Shown here in pieces: positions 55,836 through 64,000 of a DNA stretch of 64,000 bases. The translations under genes and the position numbers were made by a program. Origin of the DNA: a virus (taxonomy: Duplodnaviria > Caudoviricetes); the IMG/VR virus record IMGVR_UViG_3300042334_000305, positions 1,175-65,174 of that record; one strand, 5' to 3'. Numbering within the stretch: the first letter of the stretch is position 1; every line of letters starts with the position of its first letter. Under the pieces are notes generated by a model, which was given only the letters and a program-made list of their open reading frames with translations, did not search any database and had not been told where the DNA came from.

Positions 55836-56070
55836 AAAAACACGCTCCTAAGCATTCTACTCCCAGCACGAGGAATTGTATATAACTTAGCCCGTTACTC
55901 ACCGCTGTTCGGGTACTTAGGTTTACGTGTTTATGCAACTTTTAATATGCCCGAAAGAGTTGCTAACTTTGACTGGCTTACGATCCAGCAACTAGAGTGT
56001 GCGCTGGCAAGTAAACTGTCCTTACACATCGCCTTGGTTGACCTACGACTCCTTGTACTTCGGAGACAAT
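55836..56070 (-). ncRNA. Candidate structured RNA immediately upstream of the tRNA
   Basis: GC-enriched, several stems (CCAGC/GCTGG, GTTGCT/AGCAAC, GCAACT/AGTTGC, CCCG/CGGG). Confidence 0.4.
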
Positions 56071-56337
56071 TTCTTCTACCTCTTCAAGTAATTCTTTCAT
56101 AGCTATCTCAGCTTCTAAATCATCTTGATATGGTACAAATCTATTTGCTAAAAAATATTGATACGGACAATCCTGTGGCACATCAATCTCTTCTAACTTA
56201 TATCCTAAGCTCATTCTGTTGTGGGCCATTTGCTTTGCATCAATGACTGTATAAACTTCTCCAGCTTTAATCCAATACTTAACAGGAAAGTCTTTTGGCA
56301 TCGCTTTATCGTTTCTACACACAACTTTTAAACTCAT
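55978..56337 (-). CDS. Hypothetical protein. The last ~25 codons run into the structured region
   Basis: Protein-like up to EEIVSEV, atypical afterwards. Confidence 0.55.
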   Translation of the reverse strand: MSLKVVCRNDKAMPKDFPVKYWIKAGEVYTVIDAKQMAHNRMSLGYKLEEIDVPQDCPYQYFLANRFVPYQDDLEAEIAMKELLEEVEEIVSEVQGVVGQPRRCVRTVYLPAHTLVAGS

Positions 56338-56351
56338 AATTCTTAGCGGTT

Positions 56352-56379
56352 AAAAAAGGGAGCTACTATCTTCACTCCC
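56352..56379 (-). terminator. Terminator/attenuator hairpin GGGAG/CTCCC plus T6 in the leader of the minus-strand operon
   Basis: Downstream of promoter TAACTTTG (56438-56431) and upstream of ATG 56337. Confidence 0.55.
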
Positions 56380-56459
56380 TCAAAACAAAGTAATAATCAT
56401 GAAAACAGTATGAAAATCATCATGATGAAGCAAAGTTATAAAACAATTTCTAACCAAAA

Positions 56460-56720
56460 AATATTTTAACACTTTTTTAGATTTAAAGTTTAAAAGAGAA
56501 AAAAAGAAAAACAAAGAAAAAAGTTTAATAAGAAAAAAAGTAAACAAAAAAAGAATTAATCAAAAAAGAAAAACGATTATATATATTCGTATATATATAT
56601 AAATATATATACTCTATACATAATCTAAAAAGAAAAAAAGAGAAAAGAAAAATAAACAAAAATTAAAATTAAATCATAATAAATTATAATTTAATCTTAA
56701 TCTTTATTTCCAAAAAACAA
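56460..56720. other. Extremely AT-rich tract (A-runs, TA repeats) between divergent promoters
   Basis: AAAAGAAAAAAAG blocks and TATATATATA. Candidate origin/unwinding element. Confidence 0.45.
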
Positions 56721-56736
56721 CTTTAGAAATTTTTTA

Positions 56737-56766
56737 TATCTTTGTAGAGATTTAACACAGTGTTAA
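56737..56766 (+). promoter_or_regulatory. Promoter TATCTTTG followed by palindrome TTAACACAGTGTTAA
   Basis: -7 element 56737-56744, inverted repeat 56752-56766. Confidence 0.55.
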
Positions 56767-56819
56767 GTTTTATTATTAACTACACAGATAGAAATATCAG
56801 TGACTAAATTTTTTTAATT

Positions 56820-57629
56820 ATGAATTTTAATTACAAACTTCCAAAGGTTCAAGAGTTAGATGGTATCTCTGTCTTGAACACACCAACAGCTGCTACTGAT
56901 GTTGTTTTAGACAACGGAGTATTAACTGTTAAAGATGAGACAGGTGCATCTGCAATTACGATTAAAGCATGCGACTTGTTAGGTTTTCGTTATGATGCTC
57001 AAACAAATGGTACTGCTAATGTAGTAGACGTTGAATTAGCTGCGGTTGTATTTCCTTTAGGAGGAAATGTTCCTTTTGCTTTGACTGTATCTGCTCCTTA
57101 CGTACAAAACTTCTTCGGAGGTGGTCAAGAGACTAAAGCTGTTTACATTCCTAGAACTTACACAGTTTCTGTTGATGCTAACCCAACCGTAGCTGAATTA
57201 CAAGCTGCTTTTATTGCTCGAATCAACTCTGATCCATCTGCATACTTTACTGCTTCTGCTGTGGGAACTAAAGTTCGTATAACATCTATTTCTCCTTTAA
57301 CTGGTCAATTGTTTGTTGAAGCTCCTACAGGTTCTGTTATTACTCAAGCTACTGCATGGGTTGCTCCAGTTGGATCTGCTACTGAAGTATTACGTTACAT
57401 TCCTAACTCTGCTTTAGTTACTGGTGTTTATAATCGTTACATTATCTTACACAGACAAGTAATTCGTCACAATGCTGTATCTGGATTAGGTGTAATTAGA
57501 AATTCAACAGCTTTAGTTTACTTAAACACTGCTGGTGCAGACACAGGAAATACAGTTCTTAAATTAACTTCAATCTTAAATGGTTCTTACACTCCTGTGG
57601 CAGATTATTTAGGTTGTCCAGCTGTATAA
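56820..57629 (+). CDS. Probable auxiliary capsid/decoration protein, 269 aa
   Basis: A/T/V-rich beta protein, codon bias like the MCP (GCT, ACT, CGT), own promoter and terminator. Confidence 0.5.
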   Translation: MNFNYKLPKVQELDGISVLNTPTAATDVVLDNGVLTVKDETGASAITIKACDLLGFRYDAQTNGTANVVDVELAAVVFPLGGNVPFALTVSAPYVQNFFGGGQETKAVYIPRTYTVSVDANPTVAELQAAFIARINSDPSAYFTASAVGTKVRITSISPLTGQLFVEAPTGSVITQATAWVAPVGSATEVLRYIPNSALVTGVYNRYIILHRQVIRHNAVSGLGVIRNSTALVYLNTAGADTGNTVLKLTSILNGSYTPVADYLGCPAV

Positions 57630-57641
57630 TTGAAAAATTAT

Positions 57642-57681
57642 TATCTTTGCAGGGTAGGGATTAATTTCTCTACCCTTTTTT
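57642..57681 (+). terminator. Terminator AGGGTAG/CTACCCT-T5 overlapped by promoter TATCTTTG
   Basis: Promoter 57642-57649, stem arms 57651-57657 and 57670-57676. Confidence 0.65.
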
Positions 57682-57690
57682 ATTAAATTT

Positions 57691-58257
57691 ATGGCACAAA
57701 AAGAAGCTGAAATTATACTTTTTGGTTTAGAGTCAGGAGAAGATCTAAGAATAGAATATCCTGAATTAGCTCAGATAGATGAGTTTAAGAACCTTAAAGC
57801 AAAAGAAGTAAGACTCTGCTGGTTATTAGGGAATAGAACAAGTCCTTTGTACAAGTTGAGCGATAAGAGAGAGCGATTAAGTAGAGCATTAGAGATTGTG
57901 TATGGTAAGACATACGAACAACAGAAACCTCTAAGAGCTTTAATTGATGGTGATATACCTGTGGAGATTAGAGAGGCTATCAAGAAGATGGAAGAGTTTA
58001 ATCCAGAGTATAGACTTAGAGCAAAGCTATTAAGTGAATACATGTTTGAAACACTTAATGAGATGGTGATGATTGGAGCTAGTGAATTGGCCACAATGGA
58101 AGTAGATGAGAAAAAGAAATATACTGACCTATTGGTAAAGATTCATGAGGAGCTTCCTGATATGGTAAAGAGACTAGAAACTTCTTATGGAGTTAAGGTT
58201 AAAGATAGAAAAACGAAGAAAGAGATCCTTGTTAAAATAAATGATGTACTACGATGA
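57691..58257 (+). CDS. Helical protein upstream of the portal, 188 aa
   Basis: ATGA-coupled to the portal. Function unknown. Confidence 0.55.
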   Translation: MAQKEAEIILFGLESGEDLRIEYPELAQIDEFKNLKAKEVRLCWLLGNRTSPLYKLSDKRERLSRALEIVYGKTYEQQKPLRALIDGDIPVEIREAIKKMEEFNPEYRLRAKLLSEYMFETLNEMVMIGASELATMEVDEKKKYTDLLVKIHEELPDMVKRLETSYGVKVKDRKTKKEILVKINDVLR

Positions 58258-60494
58258 GTTACATGTTCAGCCAAAATAGAGTAAGACCTAATAAACTTAC
58301 TAGAGTAAAAGATAAATCTTATCATAGAGATTATGCTAAGTATGTTTTATCTTCAATGAGTAATTTCCTTTATAGACAGTTTATAAATAAATGTATTGTC
58401 AATTGGTCTTTTTTTAGAGGTGGTGATGGTCAGTGGATATTTGATGAAGATGTAGAGGCTTTCTTCTTAGATGAATCTGGAGATATTAGAAATCGCCTGA
58501 AGTGGACTAAGAACGTAATTAAGCCAATGGTACAACAATACATTGGTAACGCTATACGTTTGGCTTTTGATGCTAAGGCTACATGTATATCTGACTTTGT
58601 AATAAACAAAAGAGAAGAAGAAATCAAAAAGCTACGTGTATTACAAAAGATAGCAGATGATTTTCCTTTCTTCAAAGATATTATCCAAGAGAACGCTCCT
58701 ATCACAGATGACCCTGTGACGACAGAAGAGTTGTTCTACAACACTTTCGTTGAGGAATATGAACAAGACATCAACAACCTTATAGAATACATCGCTACGG
58801 AGATTAATATAGATGAATTAAAGGTTCAGATAACACGTAACTTAGCTTTATGTGGTTTAGGTATCTACAAAGGCTATGAATTGAATGATAACTACGTAGC
58901 TAAATCTGTTAATCCATTGTTCTTCTTATGGGATATGTCAGCTACTAAGCCTGATTTATCAGATGCTGAACACATGGGAGAGTGGTACTACATGGATGCT
59001 CCAAGTATCTATGAGACATACGAACACTTAACTCAAGAAGAAAGATTACTTATCGAAGAGTATGGTAAGAATAATCGTTCTAACATCATGCATAAGATTG
59101 TTAATGGTATCTACATGCAGCCAGGAGGAAAGATTCCTGTGTATGAAGTATATTGGAAAGATGTAGAGAAAAAAGAATATGGTTGGGTAATGGATGATTT
59201 TGGTTATCCTCAATACACAATGATTAACGATCCTGAATCCAAATACAAGGATAAAGATTTAATTGAGCCGCAGACAGATGCTCACAAAGAAGAGTTAGGA
59301 GACAAGAAGAAACATAAGATATATGTAGATGTCCTTCGTTATGCTATTATGATTCCTGCTGAGGAGCTAGGAAGTGCTGATGGAGATATACTATTAGAGT
59401 ATGGAATACTACCTTATCAAGAAAAGAATTTATATGATCCATCAAATGTTAAATTTCCGTACAAATGTTATACGTGGGTATATGATCGTGGAGAGGTACT
59501 TACGCCTCTTGATGATGTTATAGATCCTCAGAGGTTCTTAAACAGAACATTGTCAGTAGTAGAATCTCAAATGTCAAACATGAGAGGTACAGGTACTGTA
59601 ATATCTAAATCAGCTGTAGACGACAGAGATGGTGAAGCAGATGTAGTTAGAAACATCAATGCCTCTAAACCAATCTTCGTAGATACGGATAGAGTAGGTT
59701 CAGTACAGAATGCTATCGGAACTTATGGTACTAACATAGGTCAAGGTACATTACAGATGTTCCAGGCTGTACAGACTATCCAACAGTCTATTCAAGATGT
59801 TACAGGGGTTAATGAGGCTATGACAGGTACTCAAGGTGGTGGAGATATGTTAGTAGGTGTTGTAGAAGCTCAAATACAAAGAGGTTCATTAGTTCAAGAG
59901 CCTTTCTATTGGGCCTTGACATCTATTTTAAAACAAGCATACGAACACATGGCTACAGTAGGTAAAGCTGTATATTATGATAATCCTAGAAAACTTGCTA
60001 TGATGGTAGGAGATAGAGGATTGAAGAATATATCTATCACTGAGGACCACTTACTACAAGACTATAGAATATTTATTAAGCGTTCTGAATCTGCTGAGGC
60101 AGGAGTTAACGCAGGTAATCAGTTGTTATTTACTTTACTACAGGCAGGTCTTATAGACCAGGTAATATTCTCTAATCTCTTTAATAGAGCTAGCCCAGAT
60201 GTTATCGCTAGAGAATTGAGAAATTACAATAGACTTAAAATGCAGGCTCAAGCTATGGCTGGTCAAGCACAGCAACAAGGTATTCAGCAAGGATTACAAC
60301 AGGCTTCTAACATGCAAGACCAGATGGCTCAACAGCAACAAGCTGCTCAAGAGCAACAAATGGGTATGCAACAGATGGCTCATCAGCAAGAGATGGATAA
60401 GATTGCATTGAAGGAAGGTGCTAAGAATGAGAGAGAAATGGTAAAAATAGCTGCTCAACAACAAGAACAGCAACAAAATTTACCACCTCAATAA
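58254..60494 (+). CDS. Portal protein, 746 aa
   Basis: Size, position before scaffold and MCP, N..KPMVQQYIG clip region, Q-rich C-terminal barrel helix as in P22/crAss portals. Confidence 0.78.
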   Translation: MSYMFSQNRVRPNKLTRVKDKSYHRDYAKYVLSSMSNFLYRQFINKCIVNWSFFRGGDGQWIFDEDVEAFFLDESGDIRNRLKWTKNVIKPMVQQYIGNAIRLAFDAKATCISDFVINKREEEIKKLRVLQKIADDFPFFKDIIQENAPITDDPVTTEELFYNTFVEEYEQDINNLIEYIATEINIDELKVQITRNLALCGLGIYKGYELNDNYVAKSVNPLFFLWDMSATKPDLSDAEHMGEWYYMDAPSIYETYEHLTQEERLLIEEYGKNNRSNIMHKIVNGIYMQPGGKIPVYEVYWKDVEKKEYGWVMDDFGYPQYTMINDPESKYKDKDLIEPQTDAHKEELGDKKKHKIYVDVLRYAIMIPAEELGSADGDILLEYGILPYQEKNLYDPSNVKFPYKCYTWVYDRGEVLTPLDDVIDPQRFLNRTLSVVESQMSNMRGTGTVISKSAVDDRDGEADVVRNINASKPIFVDTDRVGSVQNAIGTYGTNIGQGTLQMFQAVQTIQQSIQDVTGVNEAMTGTQGGGDMLVGVVEAQIQRGSLVQEPFYWALTSILKQAYEHMATVGKAVYYDNPRKLAMMVGDRGLKNISITEDHLLQDYRIFIKRSESAEAGVNAGNQLLFTLLQAGLIDQVIFSNLFNRASPDVIARELRNYNRLKMQAQAMAGQAQQQGIQQGLQQASNMQDQMAQQQQAAQEQQMGMQQMAHQQEMDKIALKEGAKNEREMVKIAAQQQEQQQNLPPQ

Positions 60495-60514
60495 CTACAT
60501 ATCAAAAAATATGT

Positions 60515-60522
60515 TAATTTTG
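60515..60522 (+). promoter_or_regulatory. -7 promoter element TAATTTTG
   Basis: Consensus match before ATG 60540. Confidence 0.55.
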
Positions 60523-60539
60523 AACTAAAATAAATACGT

Positions 60540-61694
60540 ATGATTGACAATTCGGAAGGAGCTGTTGATGATCTAGGCCAGGAGGGTTTTGAAATGACCC
60601 CTGAGATGGAGGATCAAATGAGACAGATCGAAGCGTTAGCAAGCATGGATGCTTCTTTCGCTAACTCGCAAGAGTACAAAGACTTGATGGCTGCAAAACA
60701 ACAAATGAGTAGTCAGTCAAGCGAGACAGATGATGAAGAAGAGGAGGAGTACGAGGATGAAGATGATGATAGTGAAGATGATGACATCGAAGATGTGTTC
60801 GGAATAACTAAAGAATCTAAGGTAGAGAAAGAAGTTAAGTTAACTTTTGAGCCTACTAAGGATATGCAAAAATTCATTGAGTCTAAGTATGGAGTAAAAG
60901 ATGTTGCTAAATTCTTTTCTTCAGCGGATACGTGGAGAAACCAAGCTCAAGAAGCTACGGAAACTAAACGTGAGTTAGAGTTATTGACTGCTGATCTACA
61001 AGCTATGCCACCTGAAATTAGACAGGCTGTTAGTTTGTGGGCGAATGGCGATGATTACACCAGGGCGTTTAATCAGGACCAAAGACTGGACTTCTCAAGC
61101 GATTTTAGTCGCCAAGACCCTGAGAACCTTGTTCAGCATTACTTGAGCGAACAGTATGAGGAATTACTCGAAAGGCTAGAAAATGGCAAGATAGACGAGG
61201 ATGACTTTGAAGATCGCATAAAGTTGTTAGCAGGCTCAACTAAACGAATGTTCAATTCGGATAAACAAGCGTTGGATGAAGAGCGTGAGCAATTCACTCA
61301 GAATCAGAAGAATGAATTTCAGATGATGAAAAAGAGTGCTTTGCTTTCCGTAGAAAATCTGAGTAAGGCTTACCCCAACTTCAGTAAGAACGAAGTCGCA
61401 AAGATTCGTAATATCTTGGTTGAGGGGAAGATTGACAATTTGTTTACAAAGGCAGATGGTTCGTACAATGAAGATGCAGCAGAGTTAGTTGCATACGCTG
61501 TGTACGGAAAGAAGATGCTGGAGTCGGTTAAGAAAATGGCTGAACGTAGGGGGGAAAGTAAGGCGAATCAGCGAATAGTTGATACGAGTGCTAAACAACT
61601 AAGGAAACAAAAAGTATCTGGTGAGAACCAAGGCTTTAATCCTAAGGAGGTACAGCACTTATCATCAATGTTCAAAAATGATCCTTACGCTTAA
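60540..61694 (+). CDS. Capsid scaffolding protein, 384 aa
   Basis: Highly acidic N-terminus, coiled coils, between portal and MCP. Confidence 0.65.
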   Translation: MIDNSEGAVDDLGQEGFEMTPEMEDQMRQIEALASMDASFANSQEYKDLMAAKQQMSSQSSETDDEEEEEYEDEDDDSEDDDIEDVFGITKESKVEKEVKLTFEPTKDMQKFIESKYGVKDVAKFFSSADTWRNQAQEATETKRELELLTADLQAMPPEIRQAVSLWANGDDYTRAFNQDQRLDFSSDFSRQDPENLVQHYLSEQYEELLERLENGKIDEDDFEDRIKLLAGSTKRMFNSDKQALDEEREQFTQNQKNEFQMMKKSALLSVENLSKAYPNFSKNEVAKIRNILVEGKIDNLFTKADGSYNEDAAELVAYAVYGKKMLESVKKMAERRGESKANQRIVDTSAKQLRKQKVSGENQGFNPKEVQHLSSMFKNDPYA

Positions 61695-61724
61695 ATTTTT
61701 GTAAAACCGTTTAATAATTAAATT

Positions 61725-62963
61725 ATGTCTTTGTACAACGAAACAAGCGCAAAGTTCGCTAACCAGAATTACAACTCCGTTGGATCTGAGTATGCTAACC
61801 TTTATGGACACGACATCTCATTGTTGGTTCAGAAATTAACTAACAGAGCTATCTTTGATGCAGCTCCACAACAGTTCATGGATTTGAAATTGATGAACAT
61901 GGTTCCTGCTGAGACAGTTAACTCTGACGAGTTCTTCTTCCAAGAAATGGGCTACCAACGTGAGCCACTTCAAGTAACTGCTGTATCAGCAACTGTATCT
62001 TATCCTACTACGCAAACTATCAATGTTGCATCTGTAGATAACATCTCTACTAACACAATCATCTCTTATCCTAACGGACAAAAAGGTAGTGTTGTAGCTG
62101 TAGATACATCTTTATTAACTATTACAGTTTCTCCTTACAATGGTGATACTTTACCAGCTGTTGCTATCGGTGATGTATTGGCTAACGTATCTACTGTAGA
62201 CCATGATGGTTCTGAGGGATTTGCTCAGTATTTTCGTGCTTCTACAATTGAGCGAGTAAACTACGTTCAGTTGTTTAACAAAGCTATCCGTTACTCTGAA
62301 GTTGAATTACACAAGTTGAAAAACATGGGTACTACTGCTAACTTCCTAGAGATGGAAAGAAATGCAATGTTTAACCAACACAGAATTGACATCTCCAATG
62401 CACTTTGGACAGGTCAAAAAGGTGAGGTTGTAACTGCTAATGGTACTCCTGCTAAAACTACTGGTGGTGTTTACACTTCTATGGTTGAAGCTGGTTCTCC
62501 TAACGCTGTAGCTACTGCTGCTACTTTGGTAGATGCATTTGAGGATATGGTATTATCTTCTGAATTTGGTGATTATGGACAAGCTCGTATGGCTTTCATG
62601 ACTCCACGTATGCATCGTATGTTATCTCTTGCTTACAAAGAAGAGTTGACACGTTATGCTCCTAATGATGAGATCGCATTGTTAAACTTGAAAGAGGTTA
62701 ACCTTGGTTCTTCTCGTATCGTTCTTGTACCTTACAAGAGATTTGAGGATGCTGCTTCTTATCCTGCTTCTTTCGCTAACAAAATTACTATCCTTGATAT
62801 GAAAAATATTAAGAGAGTACAACTTTGGGGTGAGCGTTCTGGAGATACTTTGAAGTTAGAGGATGGAGTTCCTAAGCGTTATGGTGATGTGTGGGTAGAT
62901 TGCAACATGGGTGTTAAATTTAACAATCCACTTGCTTGTGCTTACCTTGATGTAACACTTTAA
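61725..62963 (+). CDS. Major capsid protein (HK97 fold, crAss-like), 412 aa
   Basis: RVNYVQLFNKAIRYSEVE..RIDISNALWTG..TGGVY P-domain pattern, high-expression codons, strong terminator. Confidence 0.8.
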   Translation: MSLYNETSAKFANQNYNSVGSEYANLYGHDISLLVQKLTNRAIFDAAPQQFMDLKLMNMVPAETVNSDEFFFQEMGYQREPLQVTAVSATVSYPTTQTINVASVDNISTNTIISYPNGQKGSVVAVDTSLLTITVSPYNGDTLPAVAIGDVLANVSTVDHDGSEGFAQYFRASTIERVNYVQLFNKAIRYSEVELHKLKNMGTTANFLEMERNAMFNQHRIDISNALWTGQKGEVVTANGTPAKTTGGVYTSMVEAGSPNAVATAATLVDAFEDMVLSSEFGDYGQARMAFMTPRMHRMLSLAYKEELTRYAPNDEIALLNLKEVNLGSSRIVLVPYKRFEDAASYPASFANKITILDMKNIKRVQLWGERSGDTLKLEDGVPKRYGDVWVDCNMGVKFNNPLACAYLDVTL

Positions 62964-62972
62964 TATATGATT

Positions 62973-63000
62973 AGGGGGAGTAAATCTCCCCCTTTTTTTT
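62973..63000 (+). terminator. Intrinsic terminator after the MCP
   Basis: AGGGGGAG-TAAAT-CTCCCCCT-T7. Confidence 0.85.
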
Positions 63001-63020
63001 CTTAATTAAAATTTATAAAT

Positions 63021-63848
63021 ATGCCGATTAAAAAGAAAGAAGAGGTGTCGTCTAAAATTGAAGAATCAAATATTGAGATGACATCCACAACAGGGCAAAA
63101 CGATGCTCAAGTTGAATTTGAAGTAGAGTTGTTTGAAGAAGAGACAAAGAAAGAAGAGGTTAAAGAAGAGCCTACATTTTCTTTATCTACTGTTCAGAAG
63201 ATGATGCAAGATGCTGAGGAACGTATGATGAATATGTTTAAGTCTCAGATGAGCAAGATGAGTTTGAACAATGATAAGAAAGAGTTAGATGCTGATTTAG
63301 CTTATGTACAAGAGTTACAAGAGGATTGGTTAGATAATCCTGTAGTATTCTTTGCTTTCTCTTATCAGTTTTCTATTCATGGAGACATGAGAAGAGGTGT
63401 AGAGACAATACCACCACAGGGTGCTATTCGATTTAAGCCTGTTATTAGAACAAAGAGAAAGAGAGGTAAAGAGACACAAGTTATATCTGTATCTTCTGTA
63501 GTAGTTCATTCTAAGGAGGTAGTAGATTACTTACGTAGTCACACTCAGTATGGAATACTTTTCTTTGAGAATGTTGAATCAGCTATGAATGTTGATGCTA
63601 CATGGGCGCAGAAGATGGTAGAGGCTCAAACATCAATCTCTCGCTTATCTGATATACAAGTTATATCAAGAGCGCAGCAAGAAGGAATCCCTGTTACTCA
63701 GAGTCCTGAGGATATGAGAAGACAGCTTGTTGAGAAGATGGCTAAGAGATCTATTGAACAACACGAAAGGATGTTATATGGAAGTATTCAAAGGTCTATT
63801 GTAGACAAGGGTACAGGAAGAAGTATAATTGAAAAAACTATAGCTTAA
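63021..63848 (+). CDS. Conserved protein downstream of the MCP, 275 aa
   Basis: Acidic N-terminus and globular core. Function unknown. Confidence 0.6.
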   Translation: MPIKKKEEVSSKIEESNIEMTSTTGQNDAQVEFEVELFEEETKKEEVKEEPTFSLSTVQKMMQDAEERMMNMFKSQMSKMSLNNDKKELDADLAYVQELQEDWLDNPVVFFAFSYQFSIHGDMRRGVETIPPQGAIRFKPVIRTKRKRGKETQVISVSSVVVHSKEVVDYLRSHTQYGILFFENVESAMNVDATWAQKMVEAQTSISRLSDIQVISRAQQEGIPVTQSPEDMRRQLVEKMAKRSIEQHERMLYGSIQRSIVDKGTGRSIIEKTIA

Positions 63849-63849
63849 A

Positions 63850-64000
63850 ATGTTTACAGCGTTAGAATTAAGAAACCAGTTAAGATTTGCATTAGATGCG
63901 GAGAACTCAGATCATTACAGAGATGATATGGATATTATTCCTGCTATTAATGCTGCTATTAAATGGTTGACATCAGTTGTTAATTCTGCGTATGGCCAGG
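63850..64000 (+). CDS. N-terminus (3' truncated) of a probable head-tail connector/ring protein
   Basis: MFTALELRNQLRFALDAENSDHY..IIPAINAAIKWL resembles connector N-termini. Confidence 0.55.
   Translation, partial: MFTALELRNQLRFALDAENSDHYRDDMDIIPAINAAIKWLTSVVNSAYGQ

Noticed and set aside
55836-56070. Theta/HDV-like ribozyme or group I intron next to the tRNA
   Set aside because: It lies 5' rather than 3' of the tRNA. The TTCCTCGT segment lacks a P3 stem, and group I R/S (P7) elements are absent despite a P4-like TTGCTGG.
56383-56412. ORF behind an orphan early-type leader (CAAAACAAAGTAATAATC-ATGAAAACAGTATGA)
   Set aside because: It encodes only MKTV-stop, so it may be a remnant or chance. 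No function can be supported.
56352-56438. Third copy of the 5'-segment/terminator-loop switch
   Set aside because: The match is only 5 bp (CTTCA/TGAAG) and lies mostly upstream of the predicted +1. Kept only as a leader terminator.
2009-58705. Antisense or overlapping ORFs in the track (e.g. 2009-2206, 7647-7940, 9634-10080, 29087-29452, 44880-45218, 49067-49366, 55686-56102, 57771-58094, 58430-58705)
   Set aside because: They are shadows of well-supported genes or RNAs on the other strand, with F/L/S/I-biased composition and no motifs.
1-64000. Stop-codon reassignment as in some crAss-like phages
   Set aside because: Genes up to 5 kb are uninterrupted in the standard code, TAG and TGA end genes at tight junctions, and there is no suppressor tRNA.

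Overview
AT-rich dsDNA phage of a Bacteroidota host, most likely a podovirus with a crAss-like virion module. The host call rests on a dozen TAnnTTTG (-7) promoters at operon starts and A-rich, SD-less start regions. Layout: (i) + strand virion genes wrap around the window ends: terL, two S74-chaperone fibres, portal, scaffold and MCP (50-64 kb), then ring protein, muzzle-like protein, four putative ejected proteins with a ferritin gene among them, Cys-rich tail proteins and lysis genes (0-27 kb). (ii) A - strand early/replication arm (27.3-45.1 kb) carries SSB, DnaB, a Sak-like annealase, two NTP pyrophosphatases, a GIY-YIG endonuclease and many small acidic proteins. (iii) A ~1 kb non-coding divergence zone at 45.2-46.1 kb is the candidate genome terminus. 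(iv) A short + strand accessory block follows. One atypical tRNA-Lys(UUU) is present. No DNA polymerase, primase or RNA polymerase is recognisable, and the code is standard. Most interesting: a twice-repeated promoter-leader-terminator switch, a ferritin among ejected-protein genes, a 24-nt gene-boundary sequence in 4 copies, an Ocr-like acidic protein, a modular ParB-containing giant protein and several structured non-coding RNA candidates. All product calls come from motif reading and synteny, not database searches.
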